Shown piece by piece: positions 10,527 to 21,402 of a DNA stretch of 64,000 nucleotides. How positions within the stretch are numbered: position 1 is the stretch's first letter; every line of letters starts with the position of its first letter. The notes beneath the pieces were generated by a model that saw only the letters and a list, made by a program, of their open reading frames with translations, was not told the DNA's origin and did not search any database. A program made the translations under genes and the position numbers. Source of the stretch: Wickerhamiella versatilis (Eukaryota); assembly GCA_030867685.1 (NCBI GenBank), contig JAQOWU010000007.1:930001-994000 (forward strand), written 5' to 3'.

Positions 10527-10734
10527 GCTTTGTCATGGGAACGCGTTCCGGCTAGGATCACCCTGTCGCTGCTGACCAGGTTATTCTGTATCTACCCATA
10601 TTGCATATCCAGGTATTCATACCCTATTGAGTAAGGACAACACAGAACATATTATGATTTTACCATGTGAAGATTTCTATTCTCCAAGAGCTTTTCTATA
10701 TGTATGTCCTATCTGGACGCAAGACATAGTCAAT

Positions 10735-10807
10735 GGTCTTGTAGTGTAGTTGGTTATCACTTTGGATTCTGATTCCAACAACCGCGGTTCGAATCCGCGC
10801 AAGACCT
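10735..10807 (+). tRNA. tRNA-Gln(CTG), intronless
   Basis: Acceptor GGTCTTG/CAAGACC, D-loop TAGTTGGTTA, anticodon arm TTGGA-TT-CTG-AT-TCCAA, T arm CGCGG-TTCGAAT-CCGCG, followed by poly-T. Confidence 0.97.
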
Positions 10808-11140
10808 TTTTTTCTTCTAAGACAAAAGTACTTTTGTCTTTTTAGAAGCCTTCTTTTTTTCTCTTTTACATAGTTAATATATTTGTTTTTTGTAATTTAT
10901 ATATTAAAGTATGTAGATGCACTTGGAGACACGTCGTCACGAATTCCCTCTGGGGGAGTACGGCGAGTACTATGATGGCATCATTCATTTATTCTATCCT
11001 CCATTATTCATCCCACAGGCCTCACTCACAAGCCCAATACGGGCCGCTAGGCAAGTTTGCCGCTCTCTGAGCCTGCGGCACCAGTGGTCTGAAGAAGGTT
11101 GTATAACAATAATTTGTCAGCGACGCCTCTGCGCGCCGTT

Positions 11141-12427
11141 ATGGAGGCGACGCTTGGCCCAGAAGAGGTCGAAAGATTAATGGGTGAGTTGTGCGGAGCA
11201 CGAAAGCGGGGGAGGAGAGCTATCTTGGAATTCATCCTGCACCAGCTGGGTTCTATGGATTTGAATGCGCTGCGTGCCCATACCGGTATGTTATTAGCCT
11301 TACTCGCTAGACATGATGGACCGCACCGGGAATTAGTTGATCTACTCGTGGCTATGACGGATTCTAGTGTCATATCGACACGTCGCCTGCGTTTTGTAGT
11401 AACTCTTGCGCGACGTAACCCAGCATGGCACCATCTCCAACGCCTGGCAAGAGCCTGGCGCCAGCGAGCATCTTGCCATGTCTACGTGCCTCCACTGGAA
11501 CAGAAACATATTTTAGATGCTCGGATCCCGCTTGGTTGCATCCAAGTGCTTTCTAGGGATAACCTAGCCGAAACGTCCAATATTCATACGCTCTTGTACA
11601 AACATTTAATAGCAGCATCAACAGTCTCCGATATTTCTACAGCAGATGCATTGGCTGGGATTGCCCCACTGATCTCTGCCGTGTCCGAAGTGCCACTAGG
11701 TGTCGAGCAATTTATATACGAATACCTTGGCACAAGGTGGAAAGGTAAAAGAACACAAACTCTTCTTGTCATTGTTCACTATTTTCGGTGGTGGCCATCT
11801 CATAGCAAATCTCGAAAGATATTGCTGGGACTTTTGGCGAATGCTGAGCCCCCTGCTGCTGCTGCAATAGTTGCCCATCTGTACCACTTTGGATCTGACG
11901 CTCGTAGCCTGGTCAAAAAGTATACACGGTCATTGATTTTCAGTGGATATAATATACCGGTGGCACATACGGGACTCTATCAATTTTGGGCTGTGTCCAA
12001 TTTAGAACCCCCTGGTGATTTTGTCGTTGCTCTTATCGTTTACTTCCCTGGGTATCTACTGCTGTGCAATAATTGGGCACATTTGGCTCCTGATATCTGC
12101 CTTGCTTTGCAAGGCATGTTTGCAAATGATATTTTGACTGCTCTCTGGGGTAAAAATGGGGCCGATGCGAGGTTCGCACTTGTTAATAGTCCATGGGTGG
12201 GGACATTTCCTCGCCTGACATTGGGGAAATTACTGGCAACCATTAGACCAATGGACCCCCCACCCGTACCTTATCCCCCACTCATTCTTCCTGAATGGTT
12301 GAGCGATCAGGGAGTGAGTATCGCTAAATTAAGCCGCAAGATCGTATCTGATTTGGAGAGCGCTGGTATGCCAATAACCAACTATCTGCTTCCAGTAGCC
12401 GACAGTGATGAAAGCGAGCAGGATTAA
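11141..12427 (+). CDS. Helical-repeat protein, possible divergent CENP-I/Mis6/Ctf3
   Basis: Long ORF; LVDLLVAMTDSSVISTRRL and VEQFIYEYLGTRWKG resemble recalled Mis6/CENP-I blocks; start uncertain. Confidence 0.45.
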   Translation: MEATLGPEEVERLMGELCGARKRGRRAILEFILHQLGSMDLNALRAHTGMLLALLARHDGPHRELVDLLVAMTDSSVISTRRLRFVVTLARRNPAWHHLQRLARAWRQRASCHVYVPPLEQKHILDARIPLGCIQVLSRDNLAETSNIHTLLYKHLIAASTVSDISTADALAGIAPLISAVSEVPLGVEQFIYEYLGTRWKGKRTQTLLVIVHYFRWWPSHSKSRKILLGLLANAEPPAAAAIVAHLYHFGSDARSLVKKYTRSLIFSGYNIPVAHTGLYQFWAVSNLEPPGDFVVALIVYFPGYLLLCNNWAHLAPDICLALQGMFANDILTALWGKNGADARFALVNSPWVGTFPRLTLGKLLATIRPMDPPPVPYPPLILPEWLSDQGVSIAKLSRKIVSDLESAGMPITNYLLPVADSDESEQD

Positions 12428-12498
12428 ATACACATCCTCTTTTCTATATGAGGCTTCTTGATATGCGTCATAATCTCTATTGATCCCATGGTGATGCA

Positions 12499-12566
12499 TA
12501 TATTATTGTGACTGTTATTATTACTATTATTATTACTATTATTATTATTGTCATCATCATCATTAC
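12499..12566. repeat. Compound (TTA)n/(TCA)n microsatellite
   Basis: ttattattactattattattactattattattattgtcatcatcatcatt. Confidence 0.85.
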
Positions 12567-12815
12567 CATGCTCATTGAAAACACTATTCGAGTGGGCGAA
12601 AATGTTCCAACCCTCAAATATTTGCGAAACGAAATGCAATGAAACAATATATGCGAAGAAAGACTTGTAACCATATGTTTAATTACAACCTATTTGGAAA
12701 AAAATGCTGGCCTGTGTCCAAGTATAGCATGTAACAGTTTCCACCGTGCTTTTTTTTTCATTTTCTCTTAATTTACGATAGTTCTTGCGTAATAATTAAC
12801 TATACAAAATTACCA

Positions 12816-15800
12816 CTAAATTTCCACACGACAGTACATATCTTGCAAGGCAACAACCTCGTATACACCGTCCTCTTTTGTGAATATCGAATGCTGATGG
12901 GATGTAACCTTGTTGATTGTCTTTCTCTCCCTCACTTTACCATATACACTTCGAGTATATGTGAAAGTGAAAGGAGGAGTTCCAGTGAAACGAAAACTCA
13001 ACTCTGCCGTGTCCCCGCTATGTATATTAAACACAGGTTCGTGAGTTATCTTAGATGATGGTAGGGAATGAATAAACACAGTCTCATCAACTGGGGTTGA
13101 ACAGCCACCTTCATCCTTCACAGTCAAAAATGTCATGTTTCCTGGTTGGGATGCAATTATATGAGCAGTGCGGGAACCAGATACACGTTGAACTTTATCG
13201 TTCACCCTTACATCCACACTGAAAGGCTGCTGGCCGTGCATACTAGCCTTTACCACATTTCCTACGCAATAATCACGTTTACTTGGAAGACTCAATGATG
13301 GCGCAGAGCGTCCAATCACAGTTTCTACAGCAGAGAGCTGTCTTTCGCACCCATGGGCGTCACGCACAGACTCTAGGCTAACTATATTTTTCCCTGGCTT
13401 GAATGGGGGTAAATATTGCGCCAAATCGAGCCGGGTGAGATTTGTCAAAACTGTCTGTTGTTTTTTTGAGGCGGTAAACACTAATTGAAACGGAGGCTCA
13501 CCCCGCAGCTCAACGCTCAGTGGTTGAGATTTCTGATCCGTGCGACCAGCACATACTTCCCTGTGATGATGACGTACGAAAACCGCTTCTGGGCGATCAT
13601 AAGTAGTACGTCTAACCTCAAAAGGGCCCACGGCTTCCTCAGCCTTTGGATATCTCTCATCAGCAACCCAGATTTTGTGGATGTATTGACCACCTATATT
13701 AGCGGGGGCATCAAGTTTAAACCGTCGGGGCAAACTAACGTGCTCAGACGCCTCAGAATATCCATTAGGATAGATTATCTCATGCCAAATCTTGAAAGGA
13801 GCCAGCCCAGTAGCCGTCACTTCCAGATGCTGTTCAGTCGAGATGCACACAGGTTCCACAGGTCTCAGTTCAATTGTAGGTCGAGGATGCACTCTTATGT
13901 CTACCACCCGATCATCAGCAATACCTGGACACTCTGAATCGCTGAATTCCAATAATTGATACAAGCCCGGTTCATTAGCTTGAATATACGAGTCCGACAG
14001 CCTAGCCGTATGTGTAACACCATTATGTGCATAGAGTATTTGGAATGGGGCAATACCATCTGTATCAAGGGGTATCCTTGTATCAACCGGGTCAAGTGTG
14101 AAAACCGACGACGGTCCCCCCAGTTTTGCCAATGGAGGCGAGGTTCTTACTTCGACAAGTGGCGATTTAATATCGAGTTGGGTTGAGCACCCACGCGAGT
14201 CAATAATTCGCCGTAATTCCACTTGATGATCTCCTCCATCGAGAACCCCTACATCGAGGTCAACATATGGTCCACGGAGGCCTTCTTCTCGTCTCAAACC
14301 ACCAACCCCAGGCACTTTCCACTCCAGCGTAAGGGGAGCCTTTCCCTTCAAATTCACCCTTAAAAATACCGCTTGCCCGCTGCAGTAGCGGTAATTACTC
14401 TGGCCAGAAAACGCCGCACTAGCAACCTCAGCAATTTGCTGTTCACGTCTGAACTGAGCCCCCACAAGCTTCTTGTGGCGATATTTGTCAAATATCTCGG
14501 TTATTTCATATGCATAGTATCCGGCACCAGGTGGTTTGAATTGGACACGCCCAGCGTAGCTGTCAAACGATGCCTGCATAACCTGATTCCCCACCTTGTA
14601 TATTAGGCGGAATGGCGGTGTGCCAGAGAATTGAAGGTCCGCCATAGTACCCGTAGGTCCTGCACATTCGTCCTGCACAGGCTCAAACTCAACACTTAAG
14701 TCTAGGGGAGGAGGTGTCCAAACTTCAAAGGAGCCCTCGGCATCATCGCTACAATGCTGGCCTTGTACACCCAATAGATTGTAGTGACCTGGCTCGCTTA
14801 TTTTCAAAAGCTGCCTTCCCTCGTTCAAGTTCGATATAGAAATCTTGGTATCATTATGCAAGATGTCCAATATATAAGGACCATCCTGCCCTTGGGCTTC
14901 GATTGGCACTTCCACAGGCGAGTCGTCAACTAGTGGGAATCTATCTGTCGAAAGAACTCTGAGTTTGGGATTGCGAATCACAGGAGCCGAAATTTTTAGA
15001 TCCAAATCTCTGACGTTTCCTAAACCATCACTTACGCTGCTGATTGCGAAGCCAACTTGTCCTGATGCGGGATATGGCACTAATGGTGCCCTGAGCAGTA
15101 CATCTTGTTCGGTAATGTTCCAACTACCATCAGATGGTAGATCTACTTCAGTACCATCTGAGAGTATAGCGTGAAGAGGTGGGAATCCACTGAGCACTAA
15201 AGAGGCATCATAGAAGTCATCACTTTCACATAGCGGTCCTTCAGATGCTTCAAACCTCGCATTTGGGCACGGTGGTACAATCAAAGGCATCCCCTGAGTC
15301 CCTACCGCGAAGCCAGTGGCAGCATCCTGTACTGTCCGGAGTTTATATACGCCTGGTCTTGAAAGAGGAACAAATAGCTCATCATTCTTCTTTTGCGGCA
15401 ATTTTGCGATCTCCTTCGACGTAAAATTTAGGGTTTCAATCAGGGTCCCGTCAAAATCACCTCTCCAAAGTTGCAGAGCCGAAGGCCAGGTTGCATTGAA
15501 AGTTATATGGGCAAAAGCAACGGTCCGGGCCGCTCCAATGCAAAGAGGCTCTAATGTATCCATCCTTGCAAATGTATCTGGAAGTATGTTGACGATGTAG
15601 CGGCCCAGCAAATGTTCATGTGGATCCTGATGCGGGATTTGCTCGCGGGTTGGAATTCCGGAAATAAAAGACAGTGTGGTCCAAACCCATCCTGAATCCA
15701 CGAATAATGTATAGTCTAAGAAAGATATAGCAGCCACTTGCAAACACACCACAATAGGATGAAAATCGAGCAACGGGATTGCAAAAGCAGGTAAGTACCA

Positions 15801-16073
15801 TACAAATGCAACATCTATAGCCGTATATCCGATCTTCGAGAAAAATCCGACACTCCCAGCCATCAAATTTGCCAATTTGATGGCCTGGATGGCAACAAAT
15901 ATTGTTGTCACGAGTAACCGCTGAGTAGGAACGCTAACCCGTGAAGTGGGGATAAGTGGGCTGAATTTTTCCCTTCTTTGCGTTTTTGAGGAAAATTTCG
16001 GTTGACTGGACTGTGGCGCACCCCGTGTGCGGCTCTTGAAGCTCGTATCACCGGGCTCGCGCCACGGCCGCAT
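12816..16073 (-). CDS. POM152: Transmembrane nucleoporin Pom152
   Basis: PLIP..VSVPTQRL..FVAIQAIK N-terminal motif, TM segments, repeated Ig-like units with C..G.PPF/GKAPL motifs. Confidence 0.9.
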   Translation of the reverse strand: MRPWREPGDTSFKSRTRGAPQSSQPKFSSKTQRREKFSPLIPTSRVSVPTQRLLVTTIFVAIQAIKLANLMAGSVGFFSKIGYTAIDVAFVWYLPAFAIPLLDFHPIVVCLQVAAISFLDYTLFVDSGWVWTTLSFISGIPTREQIPHQDPHEHLLGRYIVNILPDTFARMDTLEPLCIGAARTVAFAHITFNATWPSALQLWRGDFDGTLIETLNFTSKEIAKLPQKKNDELFVPLSRPGVYKLRTVQDAATGFAVGTQGMPLIVPPCPNARFEASEGPLCESDDFYDASLVLSGFPPLHAILSDGTEVDLPSDGSWNITEQDVLLRAPLVPYPASGQVGFAISSVSDGLGNVRDLDLKISAPVIRNPKLRVLSTDRFPLVDDSPVEVPIEAQGQDGPYILDILHNDTKISISNLNEGRQLLKISEPGHYNLLGVQGQHCSDDAEGSFEVWTPPPLDLSVEFEPVQDECAGPTGTMADLQFSGTPPFRLIYKVGNQVMQASFDSYAGRVQFKPPGAGYYAYEITEIFDKYRHKKLVGAQFRREQQIAEVASAAFSGQSNYRYCSGQAVFLRVNLKGKAPLTLEWKVPGVGGLRREEGLRGPYVDLDVGVLDGGDHQVELRRIIDSRGCSTQLDIKSPLVEVRTSPPLAKLGGPSSVFTLDPVDTRIPLDTDGIAPFQILYAHNGVTHTARLSDSYIQANEPGLYQLLEFSDSECPGIADDRVVDIRVHPRPTIELRPVEPVCISTEQHLEVTATGLAPFKIWHEIIYPNGYSEASEHVSLPRRFKLDAPANIGGQYIHKIWVADERYPKAEEAVGPFEVRRTTYDRPEAVFVRHHHREVCAGRTDQKSQPLSVELRGEPPFQLVFTASKKQQTVLTNLTRLDLAQYLPPFKPGKNIVSLESVRDAHGCERQLSAVETVIGRSAPSLSLPSKRDYCVGNVVKASMHGQQPFSVDVRVNDKVQRVSGSRTAHIIASQPGNMTFLTVKDEGGCSTPVDETVFIHSLPSSKITHEPVFNIHSGDTAELSFRFTGTPPFTFTYTRSVYGKVRERKTINKVTSHQHSIFTKEDGVYEVVALQDMYCRVEI

Positions 16074-16412
16074 GTGTGTAATAATAATAACACCTGCTGT
16101 TTACTTCGATGGTATCAAGGCAGTAAGAGCGCACAACAGAAAGTAAGGCATTTACAAAACGTTATTTTAGATAGAGAGATATGTCGCTTCATGATATTAT
16201 CTAGGTATTTTTTGCTGGACAAGATTTTTTTTTATTTTATTTTTTTTTGCTGCCGTAATGGCTCGAGGGACATTCATCCCCTATAATACAATTTAGATGC
16301 TGAAACATTTATTTTGAATTCTTTTCTTTTCGACCTTCAATAGCTTCGAACTATCTAGTGAGAACGTCCCACATCTGAACTACCCCCTGGTTGCGTTGTC
16401 AGCGTGTGAACG

Positions 16413-17735
16413 ATGGAGGGAGCACCGCTGCTGGCAGCGGATCCGCCTATTGATGATGACAGTTATAACGTTCAACCACAGAGTTTACCAAGTCTTGAGC
16501 AGAAGCATTTACTCTACGCATGGCATGTCTTGTCAACCGCCCTAAGTGGCTCTTCGCAATATGGTAATATACTATTAATTGCTCTACAGTATCGTAGAGA
16601 TTTCATTCCAATTACGGTTTTTGCAATTGTTCCTCTAATGATGTCGAATTTAATGGAAGATATTGCATCCAATCTTGTCGATAGGGCCAGGCTCCAGCGA
16701 CTCGTTATTACCACGGGAGCCACGGTGGGTGAAAGGCTATGTCAAGTACTATTTTGCACTCTTTTGCTACACAGTGTGACGTGGAAAACCCTGCTTTTGT
16801 GTATAATACTTTCTCTGACACAAAGAATCCTGAGATTTGTTGTCCGACAGAGTCTTGAGTTCGACTGGGCTCTTATTCTTGCCAACGATCAGCCTACTCT
16901 TCACAGAAGAGTAACGCGACACCTGAATGATATCTCCTATCGGCTCAGTGTTATTGTTCCGGTAGTGACAGCCTTTGCTGTACAGTACGTCGGAGTCGAA
17001 TATTCTCTCAGGTTGCTGCGAATCGCCAGTCTAATGATCGTGTTTGTAGAACTAGCGATGATTCAAGGGCTATATGGTACATGCTATGCCCTTCGCTTGC
17101 CAACTTCCTATACGCTGGCTGCTGCTGCGGTCCGGCCAGAAAGGACTGAGCGGGATCCTTGGACATTTGCGTGGTCGCGGTCCTCCATAATACGCATATT
17201 GAAGTACATAAGACGGGTTCCAAGACCTGTTTGCGCTACTTTTGGTGTAATTTGTATGCGATCGTCTCTTCTCACGATAGGACCCCATGTGACATGGTAC
17301 CTGCTGCATGAAGATGTCGCTCCCCTCATAATCGGTACACTTCGCACGATCATGGCGGTTGACATGCTGAGTGAATCGATACCTCCTGTCATAAGCGCAA
17401 GTATAGTAGCGCTGGGTAGCTGTATCTGCGCGCTGACAGTTGGCCGACATCCTATCTTTTTCGGCTGTGCCGCCCTCGTAAGTCGTCTAGGAGTAAGGAA
17501 GATGAATGATCTGGCACAGTCAATTGTCGAGGATTCTGGGATAGATGAAAGTGCCATCTGGTATTATAACCGCGTTGAGAGTTTCATGTTGATCGTTGCC
17601 GATATCATCATGTTTTCGCTTACTTTAATTTGGTCAGATGCCATAAAGTTTTTCTGGCCCGTATATATAAGTGCTACTGTGTCTCTAATTGGCCTTGGTC
17701 TACTCGCAGGTGCTCGTTTCTTCCCAAAACACTAA
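16413..17735 (+). CDS. Divergent ferroportin (SLC40/FPN1)-like membrane protein
   Basis: Multi-TM; LLYAWHVLST, LVDR and SLEFDWALILA match ferroportin LYxSHFLSTW / xxERDWVVVVA blocks. Confidence 0.6.
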   Translation: MEGAPLLAADPPIDDDSYNVQPQSLPSLEQKHLLYAWHVLSTALSGSSQYGNILLIALQYRRDFIPITVFAIVPLMMSNLMEDIASNLVDRARLQRLVITTGATVGERLCQVLFCTLLLHSVTWKTLLLCIILSLTQRILRFVVRQSLEFDWALILANDQPTLHRRVTRHLNDISYRLSVIVPVVTAFAVQYVGVEYSLRLLRIASLMIVFVELAMIQGLYGTCYALRLPTSYTLAAAAVRPERTERDPWTFAWSRSSIIRILKYIRRVPRPVCATFGVICMRSSLLTIGPHVTWYLLHEDVAPLIIGTLRTIMAVDMLSESIPPVISASIVALGSCICALTVGRHPIFFGCAALVSRLGVRKMNDLAQSIVEDSGIDESAIWYYNRVESFMLIVADIIMFSLTLIWSDAIKFFWPVYISATVSLIGLGLLAGARFFPKH

Positions 17736-17856
17736 CTCACCCCACTTCTGCGTTCGTCTCGGAAAATCGTTGTTACATAATGAGGTTATAAGAGGATTAT
17801 GCAGGTTGGAATCCCCGCAATTCAAAACCTATCATCTGATTTCCCATTGTTTCATC

Positions 17857-19476
17857 ATGGTATTCAAGTCGGTATGGCCTGGACCTGCTGGTATTCCCGA
17901 GGGTAATACAGTATCATTTTTGTATAACAGTCCATATCTCGCTGCCCCACACAGTCAGTCACAAGACCTCTTTGTAGACGCTCTCACTGGTGAATCGATA
18001 AATGTTGGCCAATTCCGTGGCCTAGTGCCCAGCGTGGCTTCGTTTTTTAAGGAATCTTTGGGTTTAACCAAGGGATCTGTGGCTATTGTATTTGGAGAAA
18101 ACAGCATGTGGACTGCACTGATGCATTGGGCTACTTTGTGGCTTGGCAGTATAGTGTCGCCATCTAACGTGATGTACAACGCCGAAGAATTTTCTCATCA
18201 AGTTAAAATGGTCCGTCCCAAGGTAATATTTGCTGGTGGTGCCCAGTTGCCTGTAGCTCAGGAGGCTCTGCGAGACTCCAATATTGATGATTGCAGAGTA
18301 ATTTCGTACGACCAATTGGGAAAGGAGTTCAGAAAGCTATTAGCAGTACCTAGCAAATTGCGTGTGGAACCTGTGACAACACAAGACCATGCATATTACT
18401 GCATGTCCAGTGGAACAGGTGGTTTACCAAAGGTGGTTATTCTCGCACATGGCAATATCTCGGCAAACATCTCTCAAATGCTAGCTACATCCGTTCCATT
18501 CCATGATCGTACGCTCAGTACATGTGCTGTTCTTCCGCTTTCACATATCTTGGGATTAAATGTTCATCTCTTGTTTGCCCCTTTTATCGCACGCAAGTCG
18601 TATGTCCTTCCGAAATACTCTGAGGAAGGGCTGATAAAAACAGTGGCAAAGTACCAGATTGGAGTTCTTTACTTGGTTCCTCCGATCATTTTGAATCTTA
18701 GCGCTTCAAAGATCCTCGACAAGTATCCTGGTTTTGGCAAGCATCTCAAATATATTCTAACTGCTGCAGCCCCGCTCTCGAAATCGCTGGTTGAGGCTTT
18801 CAGTCTTCGTGTGCCGAATGTGCATGTTTACCAGTTATATGGGTTGACGGAGACGGCCCCCTTCACACATTTTGGAGGCCGTGATGAGAGCTACAATTAC
18901 GAGAATATTGGTTGGTTGCTCCCAGGAACTGACGCACGTTTGGTTTCACTTGAAACATCTGAAGACATTGAGGAACTTGGAAAGCAGGGTGAACTATGGG
19001 TTAAAGGTCCTCAAATCATGCCGGGCTACCTCAAGAATCCGGATGCAACAAAGTCTACATTTGAAGGTGAATGGTTCAAAACTGGAGATGTGGTTGTTGT
19101 TGATGAAACCGGACAATTCAGAATCGTGGATCGTATCAAGGAACTTATCAAATCCAAGGGTCATCAAGTCGCACCCGCGGAGCTCGAATCAATTCTCCTA
19201 ACGAATGAGAACGTATTAGACGTCGCAGTAATCGGGGTTCCGGATTCTCATGGATCAACCGAACTTCCGAGGGCCTTTGTTGTCATTAAGGAAGGTGCAA
19301 ATCCGTACGATATTATTTCCTGGTTCAACAAACGCGTCGCCCGTCACAAACGTCTATGGGGTGGAATTGTTGTTTTGAGTTCCATTCCAAAGTCTTCTGC
19401 GGGGAAAATATTGCGGCGGATTCTTCGTAACCGCAAAGGGGACAAAGCGATACTTGAAAACAAGTCAAACTTGTGA
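17857..19476 (+). CDS. 4-coumarate-CoA ligase-like acyl-CoA synthetase, probably peroxisomal
   Basis: AMP-binding SSGTGGLPKVV, QLYGLTET, WFKTGD, DRIKELIKSKGHQVAPAELE, PKSSAGKILRR; C-terminal SNL; start MVFKS at 17857. Confidence 0.9.
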   Translation: MVFKSVWPGPAGIPEGNTVSFLYNSPYLAAPHSQSQDLFVDALTGESINVGQFRGLVPSVASFFKESLGLTKGSVAIVFGENSMWTALMHWATLWLGSIVSPSNVMYNAEEFSHQVKMVRPKVIFAGGAQLPVAQEALRDSNIDDCRVISYDQLGKEFRKLLAVPSKLRVEPVTTQDHAYYCMSSGTGGLPKVVILAHGNISANISQMLATSVPFHDRTLSTCAVLPLSHILGLNVHLLFAPFIARKSYVLPKYSEEGLIKTVAKYQIGVLYLVPPIILNLSASKILDKYPGFGKHLKYILTAAAPLSKSLVEAFSLRVPNVHVYQLYGLTETAPFTHFGGRDESYNYENIGWLLPGTDARLVSLETSEDIEELGKQGELWVKGPQIMPGYLKNPDATKSTFEGEWFKTGDVVVVDETGQFRIVDRIKELIKSKGHQVAPAELESILLTNENVLDVAVIGVPDSHGSTELPRAFVVIKEGANPYDIISWFNKRVARHKRLWGGIVVLSSIPKSSAGKILRRILRNRKGDKAILENKSNL

Positions 19477-19589
19477 TTTCGAGTCAGGGGAGGGGGTTTC
19501 GAGACAAATTACACGATTGTCGAGACTTGTCAATCAGGATTTTGTAGTATATTATGATATTAAGCCCTTACTTTTACTTTCACAATAGA

Positions 19590-21101
19590 CTAAAGTGGTT
19601 CGATATCAGATGTGTCTGAGGGTAAATACTGTCCAATGTGAACTTCCATTCGATCGAAATCATAGGTGACGTATGCATTCCGCAAAAACGAGTCACCAAG
19701 GATATTGTAGCCCATTGCAGCTGAACTAGGCAAAATTGTCATTACATAGTAGGGTCCCTCCTCCAAAGTGAACCAGGATAAAGGCCAGAATAGCTCGCGG
19801 CGTGGCATGTGTATAAGCTGTCCACCAAATCCAAAATTCAAGCCATCAAAAGGGACATTTCTCAAGTCCTCCTCATGCACGCGATACATTCCGAGCTCAT
19901 TGTCATATTTTGCCTCGAATTGGCTAGCAATTTTCTTCACTAACTGATCCGGGAGGTACGCCAGACTTGTGCCAGAATCCAATAGTACATTCAGAGGAGA
20001 TGTTGTCATTAGAACGTCCTTGACATCATCAGTAAGATCTTGTTTTCCATTAGATTTGGATTCTTTTGAGTAGTAGTCCATTGAAAAATCCGAAATCTTC
20101 GCTTTACCACGAACAACATCAATATATGGAATATCGCCCTCGCCCTCGTCCTCAAAGGCAGTATCGAGATAATTGAGGTCATCAACATCATCAATATCAT
20201 CAGACATAGGGTCCAGTTGTATATTGGAATGAATTGTAGCTCTTGAGGGATTAAATACGCTCCGCTCCGCGAGGGGACTTGCCGCGGGCCCAGTGAAACC
20301 TTCCTCCGCAAGGGGTGGAGCATTTACCAGGGCGATATTATCAAGTCGTATTAAATATTGACGATTAGACAAAATGGGCAATCGAGCCAATTGATGGAAC
20401 TTCGATTTATCTGTACCGCCAAAAAGGATTGTTCCAATCTGATCCGAAATCGATCCCATATACATAGAATAGACGTTGCGACTAATTAGTCCCTCACGGA
20501 CCATTGTCTGAGGCAAATTCGGATAGGGCTCATCAGAAGTTTCCGAACCAATTGGCCCAATACCTAGAATTCCCATCGTCGCGTCAGGTGCGTTATTGGC
20601 CACCGCAAACTTTTGGCCTTCTATTTGAACATCACTACCACCCAGCCCAACGGTATCTAGTGCCCAATATCCAGTTGCCGAGTCTTTAACGTACTGGATG
20701 CTAAAGCGCTCATCAAGTTGTTCAAATGTTCTAGAGGCCAGAGGGTCATACCCATTATACAAAAGACTGTTACTGGGTATCCAAAGGTCACTGGACCCTG
20801 TATCGACTTGAACTAAGAATTGTTGTGGAGGAGTTCCAATGGTGATATTCATCAAATAATAAGTCAACTTGTTATCGATACTCTCTCCGTATACCCCCCG
20901 AGGCGCTGCTGGCCCAGAGGCAGAATCATGCGACTCGCTATCAGGCTTTATAGCAGCATTTACACGGAGCCTAGGATCAATCACACGATTTACCTGGTAA
21001 ATACGTGCACCAATAACGCCAGGGGCTAATTGCGACAATCCATCTGCTATAGCTGTGCCAAAGACAACAATCGCGACCAGGGCACATAAGATCCCAGGCA
21101 T
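19590..21101 (-). CDS. Secreted A1 aspartic protease (yapsin/Sap/Bar1-like)
   Basis: Signal peptide, catalytic VDTGSSDLW and LLDSGTSL, ILGDSFLRNAYVTYD; no GPI tail. Confidence 0.9.
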   Translation of the reverse strand: MPGILCALVAIVVFGTAIADGLSQLAPGVIGARIYQVNRVIDPRLRVNAAIKPDSESHDSASGPAAPRGVYGESIDNKLTYYLMNITIGTPPQQFLVQVDTGSSDLWIPSNSLLYNGYDPLASRTFEQLDERFSIQYVKDSATGYWALDTVGLGGSDVQIEGQKFAVANNAPDATMGILGIGPIGSETSDEPYPNLPQTMVREGLISRNVYSMYMGSISDQIGTILFGGTDKSKFHQLARLPILSNRQYLIRLDNIALVNAPPLAEEGFTGPAASPLAERSVFNPSRATIHSNIQLDPMSDDIDDVDDLNYLDTAFEDEGEGDIPYIDVVRGKAKISDFSMDYYSKESKSNGKQDLTDDVKDVLMTTSPLNVLLDSGTSLAYLPDQLVKKIASQFEAKYDNELGMYRVHEEDLRNVPFDGLNFGFGGQLIHMPRRELFWPLSWFTLEEGPYYVMTILPSSAAMGYNILGDSFLRNAYVTYDFDRMEVHIGQYLPSDTSDIEPL

Positions 21102-21402
21102 CCTCACTTATAATCAAATAAGCCTCAGTTTATCTTATACCACTGGTACTTATACAACACGCTTAAACAGGGAGGTGGAATGCATCTTCCTCTGACTCTA
21201 CTAGGAAAGTGCACCTATCCGGTAAGCACAGTGCATGGACACGGATTTCTGACATAGTATCTGCCCCTCACTAACCACTAGACCCTCAAATATCAAAATC
21301 ATTCTTTACTTATTCTAGTAAGAGCATTGTCTGATGGTTAACACGACTTTTAACTGATATCGACAGAATGTAACTCTGAAGGCGCCTTAACTAATCCAAT
21401 AT

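Noticed and set aside
10917-11180. 87-aa ORF as an upstream exon of the 11141 gene
   Set aside because: Different frame and no convincing donor/branch/acceptor set
12424-12674. Poly-Asn and poly-Ile ORFs
   Set aside because: Artefacts of the trinucleotide microsatellite
17689-17856. N-terminal extensions from TTG/GTG starts in the ORF track (also 5153, 23224, 30308, 43897, 59000)
   Set aside because: Non-ATG starts; family N-termini begin at the downstream ATG
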